A stretch of 64,000 nucleotides of DNA from positions 32,001 through 96,000 of the forward strand of contig CAXXFL010000002.1 in NCBI GenBank assembly GCA_963674965.2, written 5' to 3'. A program made the position numbers and the translations under genes. Position 1 is the stretch's first letter; each line of letters begins with the position of its first letter. The notes under the pieces were generated by a model. That model saw only the letters and a list, made by a program, of their open reading frames with translations, was not told the DNA's origin and did no database searches. Below are positions 51,773 through 62,313 of the stretch, piece after piece. Source of the stretch: a bacterium. Its GTDB lineage: Bacteria; RBG-13-61-14; DATKZS01.

Positions 51773-53428
51773 GATTCCGACTTTGACGGCTTCACGGACG
51801 GGTGGGAGGTCGTGGCCGGGCTGGACCCGCTGGTGGACGACGCGGCCGATGACCCCGACGGGGACGGGAGGACCAATCTCGAGGAATACCTGAACTCGGG
51901 CTACTTCTACACCAATCCCCTGAATCCCGATACCGACGGCGACGGGCTGTGCGACGGCGTGACCTCCGCCATGAGCGGCGAGACCGTGCTCTGCGGGCCG
52001 GGGGAGGGCGACTCGGCGACGCCCGAGCTGGACGCGGCGCGGCTTCGGCTCCTGGCCGAGAGCGCCATCGGCGAGCTGACCATCGGGGACGGCGACACCT
52101 GGTCCGATGAGCTCGAGGAGGGCGACACCCTCAAGCTGGCCGTGGCGGGGGCGCTGGACGCGGGGACGTACACGGTGCGGTTCGATAATGGGTCGGGCTC
52201 GGTTTACGCCATCGAGGTGGCCGTGTCCGAGGGCGCGACTTATATATTTGTGGACACGGGAGACCTCGGGGACGACGCCTCGGGAAATTTCGACATTGAC
52301 GTGGTGGACGACTCGGGCGCGAGCCTCCTCGACTCGGGCGCCGCCTCGGTCAATATCTCCCAGCGGCTCTACCTCCACTACGGGCTCCACTCCCCGGTGG
52401 TCGCCACCAACTCCGACGGCGAGACCGTCTGGCGCCGCGCCTACCTCCCCTTCGGCTCCGACTTCGCCGGCTCGCCCTCCCACCCCCTCACCATCGCCAA
52501 CTCCTCCATCACCCACGGCTTCGTCGGCCGCCGCTCCGACAATGACGTCGGCCTCTACCAACTCGGCGCCCGCTGGTACGACCCGGACCTGGGGAGGTTC
52601 GTCAGCGTCGATCCAGTTGCCGGGGGCATCAACCAGTACGCCTACGCGAACAATAATCCATTCCGATATTATGACGGAGACGGCCGGGAGTCGGAGTTCG
52701 TGAGCGGAATATACGGCGCTCTTTGGACGTACGCGGACGCGGTAAACTCGAATGAGACCACCGCTTGTATCAGCGCCGGAGCTCATGGAGTGCTAAGGAC
52801 GTTTTACTCGACGGGTGAAGGCGTCTATACCATGGCCCGGCATCCAGTCGATACCCTGTATGGCACGGGTGAGACTATTGGTTATGGGGCTTATTTATAT
52901 CTTGATGAGCCCGAGGTGTTGTACTACGGGGCAGTAAACCAGTATAATGCCTTCCTGGCAAGCGATCCTGACGAGCAAGCGTTAATCGGCTCGGAGTTAG
53001 CGGCCAACATTGCGCTCAGCGCGACCGGCGGCCCGAAGAGCATTGGCAAATCAGGGAAAGCATTAAGTGGCGCGGCTAGTAAAACAAGCAAGGCGGCGAA
53101 GGCGGCAAGAGCCGCAAACAAGGCCAGGGGGACAAAGGCAAGAAAAATTCTACGTAAAAACTTAGGTGACCCGCCCTCACATTTAAAAAAGCCACATGCC
53201 CACCATGACTTGCCGGTGGAATTTGAAGATAGATTTAATAAATTAGGCATTAATGATATAAACGAGGCGCAATATGGCCGATGGGTAGAAGGAGATAATA
53301 ACCATCTAAAATGGAGCAGAGACTTTAACAAAGAATGGAGAAAATTCTTCGATAGTAACCCAACAGCTTCTGATAAAGAAGTATTAAATTTCATGCATAA
53401 TTTAAGAAATAATCCAAATTTTCAGTAG
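51773..53428 (+). CDS. Orphan cassette 2: arm with a 165-bp deletion plus AHH/DUF2380-like nuclease toxin
   Basis: HAHHDLP...GRWVE..NHLKWS..FNKEWRKFF. Confidence 0.78.
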   Translation, partial: DSDFDGFTDGWEVVAGLDPLVDDAADDPDGDGRTNLEEYLNSGYFYTNPLNPDTDGDGLCDGVTSAMSGETVLCGPGEGDSATPELDAARLRLLAESAIGELTIGDGDTWSDELEEGDTLKLAVAGALDAGTYTVRFDNGSGSVYAIEVAVSEGATYIFVDTGDLGDDASGNFDIDVVDDSGASLLDSGAASVNISQRLYLHYGLHSPVVATNSDGETVWRRAYLPFGSDFAGSPSHPLTIANSSITHGFVGRRSDNDVGLYQLGARWYDPDLGRFVSVDPVAGGINQYAYANNNPFRYYDGDGRESEFVSGIYGALWTYADAVNSNETTACISAGAHGVLRTFYSTGEGVYTMARHPVDTLYGTGETIGYGAYLYLDEPEVLYYGAVNQYNAFLASDPDEQALIGSELAANIALSATGGPKSIGKSGKALSGAASKTSKAAKAARAANKARGTKARKILRKNLGDPPSHLKKPHAHHDLPVEFEDRFNKLGINDINEAQYGRWVEGDNNHLKWSRDFNKEWRKFFDSNPTASDKEVLNFMHNLRNNPNFQ

Positions 53429-53436
53429 GCACCGTT

Positions 53437-54102
53437 ATGATTAAATTTTACTCCATTTCAGATAACTCCTTTGATACAAGAGGCTTCCCCTGGATATCGG
53501 AAATAACGAAAGGAATTACCATGTTGCCCCCCTGCGAAAAATGCGGAGGCCGGAGATTCTATCCTTCAGGTGATATCTCCGTTATTTTTGAGCCGGATAA
53601 GGGTACCAAGTGGGCTGATGTTTTAGGTTGCGGAAGCCAAATGTTATTAATTATCTCAGAAAAAGTCGTCGCAGCATGGTCGAAAGAAAACATTGGAGAA
53701 ATCCCCCTTCACAGGGTTAAACTCCAAAAGCCTTATCCAAAAAAGCTTGAGGGGACAAAGCCTCCAAAGTACTATTGGGTGGATGGAGAAAAACTCTGTG
53801 GCGCCGAGCTTGACTTACTCGCCAGTGGATTTCTTGATGCTCGCTATTGTGAAAGCTGTGGACGATTGTTGTACGATATTACTAAAACATATACATTGCA
53901 GCACTCAAAAATATGCCCTTATATATTCAAGCCTGACAGTTGGGACGGTAAAAACCTTTTCACTACCAATTTATCGTATCTTAAGTTCTTTTGTACGGAT
54001 GCTCTTATAGATTGCGCGAAAAAGTACAAGCTAACCAACTTTCGTTTCACACCCGTTGAGGAAGGAAGCGCGATAGGACATAAAGGGATTAAATATTTGT
54101 AG
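53437..54102 (+). CDS. Putative immunity protein 2 with two CxxCG motifs
   Basis: CEKCGG and CESCGR; ends YKLTNFRF; starts 8 bp after the toxin. Confidence 0.72.
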   Translation: MIKFYSISDNSFDTRGFPWISEITKGITMLPPCEKCGGRRFYPSGDISVIFEPDKGTKWADVLGCGSQMLLIISEKVVAAWSKENIGEIPLHRVKLQKPYPKKLEGTKPPKYYWVDGEKLCGAELDLLASGFLDARYCESCGRLLYDITKTYTLQHSKICPYIFKPDSWDGKNLFTTNLSYLKFFCTDALIDCAKKYKLTNFRFTPVEEGSAIGHKGIKYL

Positions 54103-54129
54103 GCCTTAGATTAAAAGCTCGCGATCATT

Positions 54130-54143
54130 TGATCTTTGAAAAC
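54130..54143 (+). promoter_or_regulatory. boxA-like motif before cassette 3
   Basis: TGATCTTTGAAAAC, starting 34 nt before the arm. Confidence 0.55.
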
Positions 54144-54163
54144 TTGCCTCTGTTCTTTCCATC

Positions 54164-55936
54164 GATTCCGACTTTGACGGCTTCACGGACGGGTGGGAGG
54201 TGGAGTACGCGGATAGCCTTGGGTTCGATCCGGTGGTGGTGGAGTGCGATACGGCGGTGGCGGATTATGACGGCGACGGGATGGCGGCCATTATCGAGGC
54301 GAGGCTGGGGACGGACCCGAGGTTGGCCGACTCGGATGGGGACGGGATCGACGATTATTGGGAGGTCATCGCCGGGCTGGACCCGCTGGTGGACGACGCG
54401 GCCGAGGACCCCGACGGGGACGGGAGGACCAACCTCGAGGAGTACCAGAACTCGGGCTACTTCTATACCAACCCCCTGAATCCCGATACCGACGGCGACG
54501 GCCTTTGCGACGGCGTGACCTCCGTCATGAGCGGCGAGACCGTGCTCTGCGGGCCGGGGGAGGGCGACTCGGCGACGCCCGAGCTGGACGCGGCGCGGCT
54601 ACGGCTCCTGGCCGAGAGCGCCATCGGCGAGCTGACCCTCGGCGACGGCGACACCTGGGCGGACGAGCTCGAGGAGGGCGACACCCTCAAGCTGTCCGTG
54701 GCGGGGGCGCTGGACGCGGGGACGTACACGGTTCGGTTCGATAATGGGTCGGGCTCGGTTTACGCCATCGAGGTGGCCGTGTCCGAGGGCGCGATTTATA
54801 TCCTGGTGGACACGGGAGACCTCGGGGACGAGGCCTCGGGAAATTTCGACATTGACGTGGTGGACGACTCGGGCTCGAGCCTCCTCGACTCGGGCGCCGC
54901 CTCGGTCAATATCTCCCGGCGCCTCTACCTCCACTACGGTCTCCACTCCCCGGTGGTAGCCACCAACTCCGACGGCGAGACCGTCTGGCGCCGCGCCTAC
55001 CTCCCCTTCGGCTCCGACTTCGCCGGCTCGCCCTCCCACCCCCTCACCATAACCAACTCCTCCATCACCCACGGCTTCGTCGGTCGCCGACAAGACAACG
55101 ACGTCGGCCTCTACCAGTTGGGAGCAAGGTGGTACGACCCGGACCTGGGGAGGTTCGTGAGCGTCGAACCAATTCCAGGGTTCCTTAACCAATACGCCTA
55201 TGCTGGTAACAATCCATTTGTTTACCAGGACGATAGTGGTATGTATATAGAGACCGCTATCGATATTGGTTTCATTTCATATGACATTTATGAGCTACAG
55301 AAAGACCCTTCAAGCGGGTGGAACTGGGCGGCCCTCGGCGCTGACGCGCTTTGCGCTGCCCTCCCGGTCGTTACGGGAGGCGGCGCCGCGGTTCACGCTA
55401 TCGGCGGTCTCAACAAGGCGGCTGACGCCGTCCAGGCCGCCGATAAACTTATTGACGCGGGAAAAGCGGTCGATAAGGGCATTGACGCCGCCAGGGGCGT
55501 CGATAAAGGAATTGACGCGGCCAAGGTTGGTTCTGAAGTCGCCAGTCATGCTGATGAGGCCGTTGACGCCGCCAAAGGCTATGAAAGATTGGCTGGAAGT
55601 AACGTCAACCATATAAACGGAGCAATCGCGGAGCAGCATGGATGGCAACGAGCTTTGCAGGATGGACACATTGGTATAAAGCCACCCGGGAAAGTGACGT
55701 CGAAAGGACCGGATTTTATTACATATAGTCGTAAGGATGATTTGATAATGGTTTGGGATGCAAAGTTTAGAAGTGGTGGTAACTTCCCATCATCCATATC
55801 AGCGAGTAAAATGAATAAATGGATGCCTTATGTGGAGGATGCCATAAAAAATATGCCGGCCGGTGAGGCTAAAACCTGGGCCGAAAGAGCGTTAAAAAAT
55901 GGAAATATCAGAGGTAAATTATTTCCGTGGCCTTAA
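54164..55936 (+). CDS. Orphan cassette 3: long arm plus PD-(D/E)xK nuclease toxin
   Basis: GAIAE...KGPDFITY...VWDAK after an Ala/Asp/Lys-rich linker. Confidence 0.78.
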   Translation, partial: DSDFDGFTDGWEVEYADSLGFDPVVVECDTAVADYDGDGMAAIIEARLGTDPRLADSDGDGIDDYWEVIAGLDPLVDDAAEDPDGDGRTNLEEYQNSGYFYTNPLNPDTDGDGLCDGVTSVMSGETVLCGPGEGDSATPELDAARLRLLAESAIGELTLGDGDTWADELEEGDTLKLSVAGALDAGTYTVRFDNGSGSVYAIEVAVSEGAIYILVDTGDLGDEASGNFDIDVVDDSGSSLLDSGAASVNISRRLYLHYGLHSPVVATNSDGETVWRRAYLPFGSDFAGSPSHPLTITNSSITHGFVGRRQDNDVGLYQLGARWYDPDLGRFVSVEPIPGFLNQYAYAGNNPFVYQDDSGMYIETAIDIGFISYDIYELQKDPSSGWNWAALGADALCAALPVVTGGGAAVHAIGGLNKAADAVQAADKLIDAGKAVDKGIDAARGVDKGIDAAKVGSEVASHADEAVDAAKGYERLAGSNVNHINGAIAEQHGWQRALQDGHIGIKPPGKVTSKGPDFITYSRKDDLIMVWDAKFRSGGNFPSSISASKMNKWMPYVEDAIKNMPAGEAKTWAERALKNGNIRGKLFPWP

Positions 55937-55962
55937 TAATAAGGATGATTCTGGTGATTGAA

Positions 55963-56457
55963 ATGGAATGGATAGAGTTTATTCGAATTAGGGAATGGTC
56001 TCCATTAGCAAGTCTTAACATTGACATGGAAATAATTATTGAAGGCAGATATAAAATTAGTGATAATCAATATCTCCTATCATCTCCTTGCAACAAGGAT
56101 TTTATAGATGCCGCTAATGGACCGTTTGTTACTGCGCTTGTTTGGGCATGTAGTGAAGGGGCTTTCAGGAGAGTGTACTTGGCAGAAATTGAAAAGGACG
56201 ATGGAAATATCGTAAGTCCTCCAGACGAAATATTGCCGGAAGCTGGTAAATATACATATAGAAAAATTCATGAGGGCTTAGTTAAATTAAATTGTAAAGG
56301 AATTTTAGAAACTGCCAGCTATCGTATCGCCACGGATGGAGCCTTTTTAAATAGGAGTATTGAATCAGAAATTGCTTCATACCATTTTCGTGGAAGAGAA
56401 TATGATGATGAAGAAGAACCATTCGTAATCACGTGGAACTTGATATTATACAGGTGA
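55963..56457 (+). CDS. Putative immunity protein 3
   Basis: MEWIEFIRIREWSP...; homolog of 60334-60828, which fixes the start. Confidence 0.72.
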   Translation: MEWIEFIRIREWSPLASLNIDMEIIIEGRYKISDNQYLLSSPCNKDFIDAANGPFVTALVWACSEGAFRRVYLAEIEKDDGNIVSPPDEILPEAGKYTYRKIHEGLVKLNCKGILETASYRIATDGAFLNRSIESEIASYHFRGREYDDEEEPFVITWNLILYR

Positions 56458-56469
56458 ATTCTGCGGCGG

Positions 56470-56680
56470 GTGGGCTATACGGTTTTGCATGAAAACCGTG
56501 TGGCTCTCGCGAAGCGAGACGGGTATACTGGTATCAGCTTCTCACGGTTCTTTGAAAAATCAATTTAAGCTTTTTGCTGCATGTAGTTGGAGTCGCAAGC
56601 TTCGACATGACGTGAGGCGCTAAGCCAGTTCGCTCCGCTCACCCACTCATTCGTAAAGAATGAGATGGGCCACCCAAGAG
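56470..56680 (+). repeat. Structured inter-cassette spacer, type B (copy 1)
   Basis: Hairpins ACGGTTTT/AAAACCGT, TCTCGC/GCGAGA, AAGCTT..AAGCTT and CCCACTCATTC/GAATGAGATGGG. Full copies at ~60840-61050 and ~62790-62993, partial copies at ~48545-48620 and ~58230-58295. Confidence 0.85.
56546..56559 (+). promoter_or_regulatory. boxA-like motif before cassette 4
   Basis: GGTTCTTTGAAAAA inside the type B spacer. Confidence 0.5.
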
Positions 56681-57964
56681 GACGAGCTCGAGGAGGGCGA
56701 CACTCTCAAGCTGGCCGTGGCGGGGGCGCTGGACGCGGGGACGTACACGGTTCGGTTCGATAATGGGTCGGGCTCGGTTTACGCCATCGAGGTGGCCGTG
56801 TCCGAGGGCGCGACTTATATTTTTGTGGACACGGGAGACCTCGGGGACGAGGCCTCGGGAAATTTCGACATTGACGTGGTGGACGACTCGGGATCGAGCC
56901 TCCTCGACTCGGGCGCCGCCTCGGTCAATATCTCCCAGCGCCTCTACCTCCACTACGGTCTCCACTCCCCGGTGGTCGCCACCAACTCCGACGGCGAGAC
57001 CGTCTGGCGCCGCGCCTACCTCCCCTTCGGCGCCGACTTCGCCGGCTCGTCCTCCCACCCCATCACCATCGCCAACTCCTCCATCACCCACGGCTTCGTC
57101 GGCCGCCGCTCCGACAATGATGTCGGCCTCTACCAACTCGGCGCCCGCTGGTACGACCCCGACCTGGGGAGGTTCGTGAGCGTAGATCCGGTTTCCGGGT
57201 ACCTCAATCAGTACGCCTACGCGAACAATAATCCATTCGTCTATCAGGACGGCAATGGTCGTGATCCCTTTGGTTTGGCCGGTTTGATGATTTACGCGGC
57301 CGCCGGAATCTCGGTTGGGGTTACTGATGGTATAGTATACGGCCTGGGTAAGGTCGGCGGGATTCCTGAGAAAGAGGTTGAAAAATCACGTAATCAATTA
57401 CATAACGAGGTTTGGGATGCCGCCACATTGCCAGGGGATATCTGCTTTGCCTTAAGTTTTACTGAAGGTGTTTATAAAATCGCAAAAAATCCTCGTGGGA
57501 TTTATAATGGAGTTAAGGGATCATGGAATAGGCTTAAGGGATTATTTAAAGGGTCGGCTGACGACGCGGCCGGCGGAGTTGATGATGCTGTCAAATGGGT
57601 TGATGAAAATGCCCATATGAGTCAAAAGGCAAAAGCATATAATGATTCAGCCACAGGAGCGCGCTCGAACGTCGCTACACAAAAAGGACAGGCACCACAG
57701 ATCACTCGCACGTTAGAGGATGGTACAACAAAAGGAGTTAGATTTGATGGAGTTGAAGGGAATGCTTTAATCGACAGAAAGCTCTCAGTTGTAACAACGC
57801 AAAAGGCAAAAGACCAAGCACTTCGACAATCACAGGCATTGATGCAGAATAATTTGACTGGAAAGTGGGAAGTTCCCAATCAAGCAGAAGCAAATCGAGC
57901 GAAAAAATTGTTTGAAGAATTGGGGATAGATAATATTTTAGTGGAGGTTGTAAATGGACCTTAA
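56660..57964 (+). CDS. Orphan cassette 4: short arm plus restriction-endonuclease-fold toxin
   Basis: Arm begins 56681 (main gene 46807); VRFDG...IDRK...QALRQ...WEVP. Confidence 0.78.
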   Translation: MRWATQEDELEEGDTLKLAVAGALDAGTYTVRFDNGSGSVYAIEVAVSEGATYIFVDTGDLGDEASGNFDIDVVDDSGSSLLDSGAASVNISQRLYLHYGLHSPVVATNSDGETVWRRAYLPFGADFAGSSSHPITIANSSITHGFVGRRSDNDVGLYQLGARWYDPDLGRFVSVDPVSGYLNQYAYANNNPFVYQDGNGRDPFGLAGLMIYAAAGISVGVTDGIVYGLGKVGGIPEKEVEKSRNQLHNEVWDAATLPGDICFALSFTEGVYKIAKNPRGIYNGVKGSWNRLKGLFKGSADDAAGGVDDAVKWVDENAHMSQKAKAYNDSATGARSNVATQKGQAPQITRTLEDGTTKGVRFDGVEGNALIDRKLSVVTTQKAKDQALRQSQALMQNNLTGKWEVPNQAEANRAKKLFEELGIDNILVEVVNGP

Positions 57965-58202
57965 AGAAGCGATATCAAAAGCCTTGATTGAGACACTTTT
58001 ATTTTTTGAATTTAGCGACGAAGATATCATTCATCCGGATATATCAATTGCCCAGATAGAACAAGTCGCTGCAATTCTTAAGGAGATGGATGAAAATGGA
58101 AAGATGGAATTTATAAAAACATGCTCAGAAATGGCAATGGAATACAGTGGTGAAAAATATAATTTCATTATTAGCATAGGAGAAAATCTTGGATTGATAT
58201 AA
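57954..58202 (+). CDS. Putative immunity protein 4
   Basis: Acidic 82-aa ORF overlapping the toxin end, with GGAGG SD. Confidence 0.7.
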   Translation: MDLKEAISKALIETLLFFEFSDEDIIHPDISIAQIEQVAAILKEMDENGKMEFIKTCSEMAMEYSGEKYNFIISIGENLGLI

Positions 58203-58294
58203 GAATGACTTGAGCGTGGGCGGGTGACGGGTGGGCCATACGGTTTTGTAAGAAACCGTGTGGCTCTCGCGAAACGAGACAGGTGTGCCAGTAT

Positions 58295-58324
58295 AAACAG
58301 GTAACACACAAACAGGTAACACAC
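58295..58324 (+). repeat. 15-bp tandem direct repeat
   Basis: AAACAGGTAACACAC x2. Confidence 0.8.
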
Positions 58325-58501
58325 CAAAGGACCTTGAAATATAACCCCTTGGTTTACGGTTATACCTCAAACCGTCTTGGAGGACAGCCCGCTTTCATGT
58401 TTACATATAGCTCCGCTATATGGGCGAGCATAGCGAGCAGGTCATTGCGATTAAATTACCGGGAATAACCTATGCTTAGGTTGTCGATATAGATGTAACT
58501 C

Positions 58502-58515
58502 CGATCTTTGAAAAC
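58502..58515 (+). promoter_or_regulatory. boxA-like motif before cassette 5
   Basis: CGATCTTTGAAAAC, starting 34 nt before the arm. Confidence 0.55.
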
Positions 58516-58535
58516 TTGCCTCTGTTCCTTCCGCC

Positions 58536-60311
58536 GATTCCGACTTTTACGGCTTCACGGACGGGTGGGAGGTGGAGTATGCGGATAGCCTTGGGTTCGA
58601 TCCGGTGGTGGTGGAGTGCGATACGGCGGTGGCGGATTTCGACGGGGACGGGATGGCGGCCATTATCGAGGCGAGGCTGGGGACCAACCCGCTGTTGGCC
58701 GACTCGGATGGGGACGGGATCGACGATTATTGGGAGGTCATCGCCGGGCTGGACCCGCTGGTGGACGACGCGGCCGATGACCCCGACGGCGACGGGAGGA
58801 CCAACCTCGAGGAGTACCAAAACTCGGGCTACTTCTACACCAATCCCCTGAATCCCGATACCGACGGCGACGGGCTGTGCGACGGCGTGACCGCGGTCAT
58901 GGACGGCGAGACCTTGCTCTGCGGGCCTGGGGAGGGAGACTCGACGACGCCCGAGCTGGACGCGGCGCGGCTACGGCTCCTGGCCGAGAGCGCCATCGGC
59001 GAGCTGACCCTCGGGGACGGCGACACCTGGTCCGACGAGCTCGAGGAGGGCGACACTCTCAAGCTGTCCGTGGCGGGGGCGCTGGACGCGGGGACGTACA
59101 CGGTTCGGTTCGATAATGGGTCGGGCGCGGTTTACGCCATCGAGGTGGCCGTGTCCGAGGGCGCGACTTATATCCTGGTGGACACGGGAGACCTCGGGGA
59201 CGACGCCGGCTCCGGCTCTTACGACATTGACGTGGTGGACGACTCGGGCTCGAGCCTCCTCGACTCGGGCGCCGCCTCGGTCAATATCTCCCAGCGCCTC
59301 TACCTCCACTACGGGCTCCACTCCCCGGTGGTCGCCACCAACTCCGACGGCGAGACCGTCTGGCGCCGCGCCTACCTCCCCTTCGGCTCCGACTTCGCCG
59401 GCTCGTCCTCCCACCCCATCACCATCGCCAACTCCTCCATCACCCACGGCTTCGTCGGCCGCCGACAAGACAACGACGTCGGCCTCTACCAGTTGGGAGC
59501 AAGGTGGTACGACCCGGACCTGGGGAGGTTCGTGAGCGTCGAACCAATTCCAGGGTTCCTTAACCAATACGCCTATGCTGGTAACAATCCATTTGTTTAC
59601 CAGGACGATAGTGGTATGTATATAGAGACCGCTATCGATATTGGTTTCATTTCATATGACATTTATGAGCTACAGAAAGACCCTTCAAGCGGGTGGAACT
59701 GGGCGGCCCTCGGCGCTGACGCGCTTTGCGCTGCCCTCCCGGTCGTTACGGGAGGCGGCGCCGCGGTTCACGCTATCGGCGGTCTCAACAAGGCGGCTGA
59801 CGCCGTCCAGGCCGCCGATAAACTTATTGACGCGGGAAAAGCGGTCGATAAGGGCATTGACGCCGCCAGGGGCGTCGATAAAGGAATTGACGCGGCCAAG
59901 GTTGGTTCTGAAGTCGCCAGTCATGCTGATGAGGCCGTTGACGCCGCCAAAGGCTATGAAAGATTGGCTGGAAGTAACGTCAACCATATAAACGGAGCAA
60001 TCGCGGAGCAGCATGGATGGCAACGAGCTTTGCAGGATGGACACATTGGTATAAAGCCACCCGGGAAAGTGACGTCGAAAGGATCGGATTTTATTACATA
60101 TAGTCGTAAGGATGATTTGATAATGGTTTGGGATGCAAAGTTTAGAAGTGGTGGTAACTTCCCATCATCCATATCAGCGAGTAAAATGAATAAATGGATG
60201 CCTTATGTGGAGGATGCCATAAAAAATATGCCGGCCGGTGAGGCCAAGACCTGGGCCGAAAGAGCGTTGCGCAATGGCGATGTCGCGGGCCGAATCTTTC
60301 CGTGGCCGTAA
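58536..60311 (+). CDS. Orphan cassette 5: long arm plus PD-(D/E)xK toxin nearly identical to cassette 3
   Basis: Same toxin except GSDF for GPDF and the last ~13 residues. Confidence 0.78.
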   Translation, partial: DSDFYGFTDGWEVEYADSLGFDPVVVECDTAVADFDGDGMAAIIEARLGTNPLLADSDGDGIDDYWEVIAGLDPLVDDAADDPDGDGRTNLEEYQNSGYFYTNPLNPDTDGDGLCDGVTAVMDGETLLCGPGEGDSTTPELDAARLRLLAESAIGELTLGDGDTWSDELEEGDTLKLSVAGALDAGTYTVRFDNGSGAVYAIEVAVSEGATYILVDTGDLGDDAGSGSYDIDVVDDSGSSLLDSGAASVNISQRLYLHYGLHSPVVATNSDGETVWRRAYLPFGSDFAGSSSHPITIANSSITHGFVGRRQDNDVGLYQLGARWYDPDLGRFVSVEPIPGFLNQYAYAGNNPFVYQDDSGMYIETAIDIGFISYDIYELQKDPSSGWNWAALGADALCAALPVVTGGGAAVHAIGGLNKAADAVQAADKLIDAGKAVDKGIDAARGVDKGIDAAKVGSEVASHADEAVDAAKGYERLAGSNVNHINGAIAEQHGWQRALQDGHIGIKPPGKVTSKGSDFITYSRKDDLIMVWDAKFRSGGNFPSSISASKMNKWMPYVEDAIKNMPAGEAKTWAERALRNGDVAGRIFPWP

Positions 60312-60333
60312 AATTAAGAATAGGGAGATCATT

Positions 60334-60828
60334 ATGGAATGGAAAGACTTAGTGAAAATAAAGGAATGGTCTCCAGCAAATAATCTTAATATTGAATATA
60401 AGAAAATTAAAAAAGGATTACATAAAATCAGTGAAAATCAATATCTCCTGTTGTCGCCTTATAATGAGAATTTTAAAGAGGCTCCTGGCGGCCCGTTTGT
60501 CAATGCGCTACTTTGGTCATGCAGTGAAGGGGCCGTAAGAAGGGCATATTTAATGGAAATAGAGCAGGACGATGGTACTATTATCAAGCCACCAGATGAG
60601 ATAATGCCTGAGCCGGGTAGATATACTTATAAAGAGATTCTTGTTGGTTTGAAAAGACTTGGATGCAAGGGTATTTTAGAACATGCTAGTTACCGTATCG
60701 CTAAGGATGGGGCCTTTATACATAGGTCTATTGAATCTGAAATTGCTTTATATTCTTTTCGTAATATGGATTTTGATGACAGTGAAGAACCTTACGCTAT
60801 CAGATGGAATTTAGTATTATATAGATGA
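60334..60828 (+). CDS. Putative immunity protein 5 (diverged homolog of immunity 3)
   Basis: MEWKDLVKIKEWSP...WNLVLYR; GGAG SD. Confidence 0.72.
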   Translation: MEWKDLVKIKEWSPANNLNIEYKKIKKGLHKISENQYLLLSPYNENFKEAPGGPFVNALLWSCSEGAVRRAYLMEIEQDDGTIIKPPDEIMPEPGRYTYKEILVGLKRLGCKGILEHASYRIAKDGAFIHRSIESEIALYSFRNMDFDDSEEPYAIRWNLVLYR

Positions 60829-60839
60829 GTTCTTCGGCG

Positions 60840-61050
60840 AGTGGGCCATACGGTTTTGCAAGAAACCATGTGGCTCTCGCGACGCGAGACGGGTATACTG
60901 GTATCAGCTTCTCACGGTTCTTTGAAAAATCAATTTAAGCTTTTTGCTGCATGTAGTTGGAGTCGCAAGCTTCGACATGACGTGAGGCGCTAAGCCAGTT
61001 CGCTCCGCTCACCCACTCATTCGTAAAGAATGAGATGGGCCACCCAAGAG
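60840..61050 (+). repeat. Structured inter-cassette spacer, type B (copy 2)
   Basis: Near-identical to 56470-56680. Confidence 0.85.
60916..60929 (+). promoter_or_regulatory. boxA-like motif before cassette 6
   Basis: GGTTCTTTGAAAAA. Confidence 0.5.
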
Positions 61051-62313
61051 GACGAGCTCGAGGAGGGCGACACTCTCAAGCTGGCCGTGGCGGGGGCGCT
61101 GGACGCGGGGACGTACACGGTTCGGTTCGATAATGGGTCGGGCTCGGTTTACGCCATCGAGGTGGCCGTGTCCGAGGGCGCGACTTATATTTTTATTGAC
61201 ACGGGCGACCTCGGGGACGACGCCTCGGGAAATTTCGACATTGACTTGGTGGACGACTCGGGCTCGAGCCTCCTCGACTCGGGCGCCGCCTCGGTCAATA
61301 TCTCCCAGCGGCTCTACCTCCACTATGGTCTCCACTCCCCGGTGGTCGCCACCAACTCCGACGGCGAGACCGTCTGGCGCCGCGCCTATCTCCCCTTCGG
61401 AGGCGACTTCGCCGGCTCGCCCTACCGGCCCATCACCATTAATAACGACGCTATTACCCACGGCTTCGTCGGCCGCCGCTCCGACAATGACGTCGGCCTC
61501 TACCAACTCGGTGCCCGCTGGTACGACCCGGACCTGGGGAGGTTCATGAGCGTCGATCCGGTGCCGGGGTTCATCAATCAGTACGCTTACGCCAATAACA
61601 ATCCAATAAGATATCATGATGCAAATGGAAGAAGTGTAGTAGTCCTCGTATGGATGCTTGCAACTTCAGAAAACGAGACGGCTAATGAGCTTGGGAATTG
61701 CATTAGCGCGGCCGCTGCGGGAGAATTAGAAGGTGGAAAAGACTTTATAGTTGGCACTGTAACAAGCTTGGGAGAAGCTGAGACCTATTATAAGCCAGGT
61801 GCTTTGAGAATTGCAGAATCCGGGTATGAAGTTTATAAAAATAGGGAGCAGATCAAAGATGATTTCCTGAATAAAGATTCAGTTGGACAAGCTAAGGACA
61901 TTGGGCGCGTTTTTGGCGCAGCAGGTGGAGCAATATTACTGACAAAAGCAACTAAGGATTTAAGCGAATTTGCTCAGAAAAAAGCCCCGGGAATAAAAGA
62001 TCTGCCACCTTTAAGACAGCAGTATGTTGATGAAGTAAAAGGGTTAAGGAATAAAATACCAAATATGAGAAAAGCAGGAATGTCGTCTGAAGAGATAGCA
62101 AGAAAATTACATGCTGAACGAAGAAATCTCGGAATTAAATATAAAGACATGACGCCTCCTGAAGAGCTCGAAAGAATTACCGCAAGGAATATAAGAGATT
62201 GTGGTGATCCACTTGGTCCAACAATTGATCATTTAAGAAACGTCAAGGGGAAAACCTGGGAAGAAATAATCGAAAGCGCCTGTACTCCTGGCGGAAAGGA
62301 TTTAGGCTATTGA
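61030..62313 (+). CDS. Orphan cassette 6: short arm plus a basic toxin domain of unassigned family
   Basis: LRQQYVDEV...EEIARKLHAERR..GIKYK..TP...GDPLGPT...KTWEEIIESA follows the RHS core. Confidence 0.72.
   Translation: MRWATQEDELEEGDTLKLAVAGALDAGTYTVRFDNGSGSVYAIEVAVSEGATYIFIDTGDLGDDASGNFDIDLVDDSGSSLLDSGAASVNISQRLYLHYGLHSPVVATNSDGETVWRRAYLPFGGDFAGSPYRPITINNDAITHGFVGRRSDNDVGLYQLGARWYDPDLGRFMSVDPVPGFINQYAYANNNPIRYHDANGRSVVVLVWMLATSENETANELGNCISAAAAGELEGGKDFIVGTVTSLGEAETYYKPGALRIAESGYEVYKNREQIKDDFLNKDSVGQAKDIGRVFGAAGGAILLTKATKDLSEFAQKKAPGIKDLPPLRQQYVDEVKGLRNKIPNMRKAGMSSEEIARKLHAERRNLGIKYKDMTPPEELERITARNIRDCGDPLGPTIDHLRNVKGKTWEEIIESACTPGGKDLGY

Noticed and set aside
56660-56680. MRWATQ as a genuine N-terminus for the short cassettes
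   Set aside because: The ATG lies within a hairpin stem, has no SD and gives no export signal; probably incidental.
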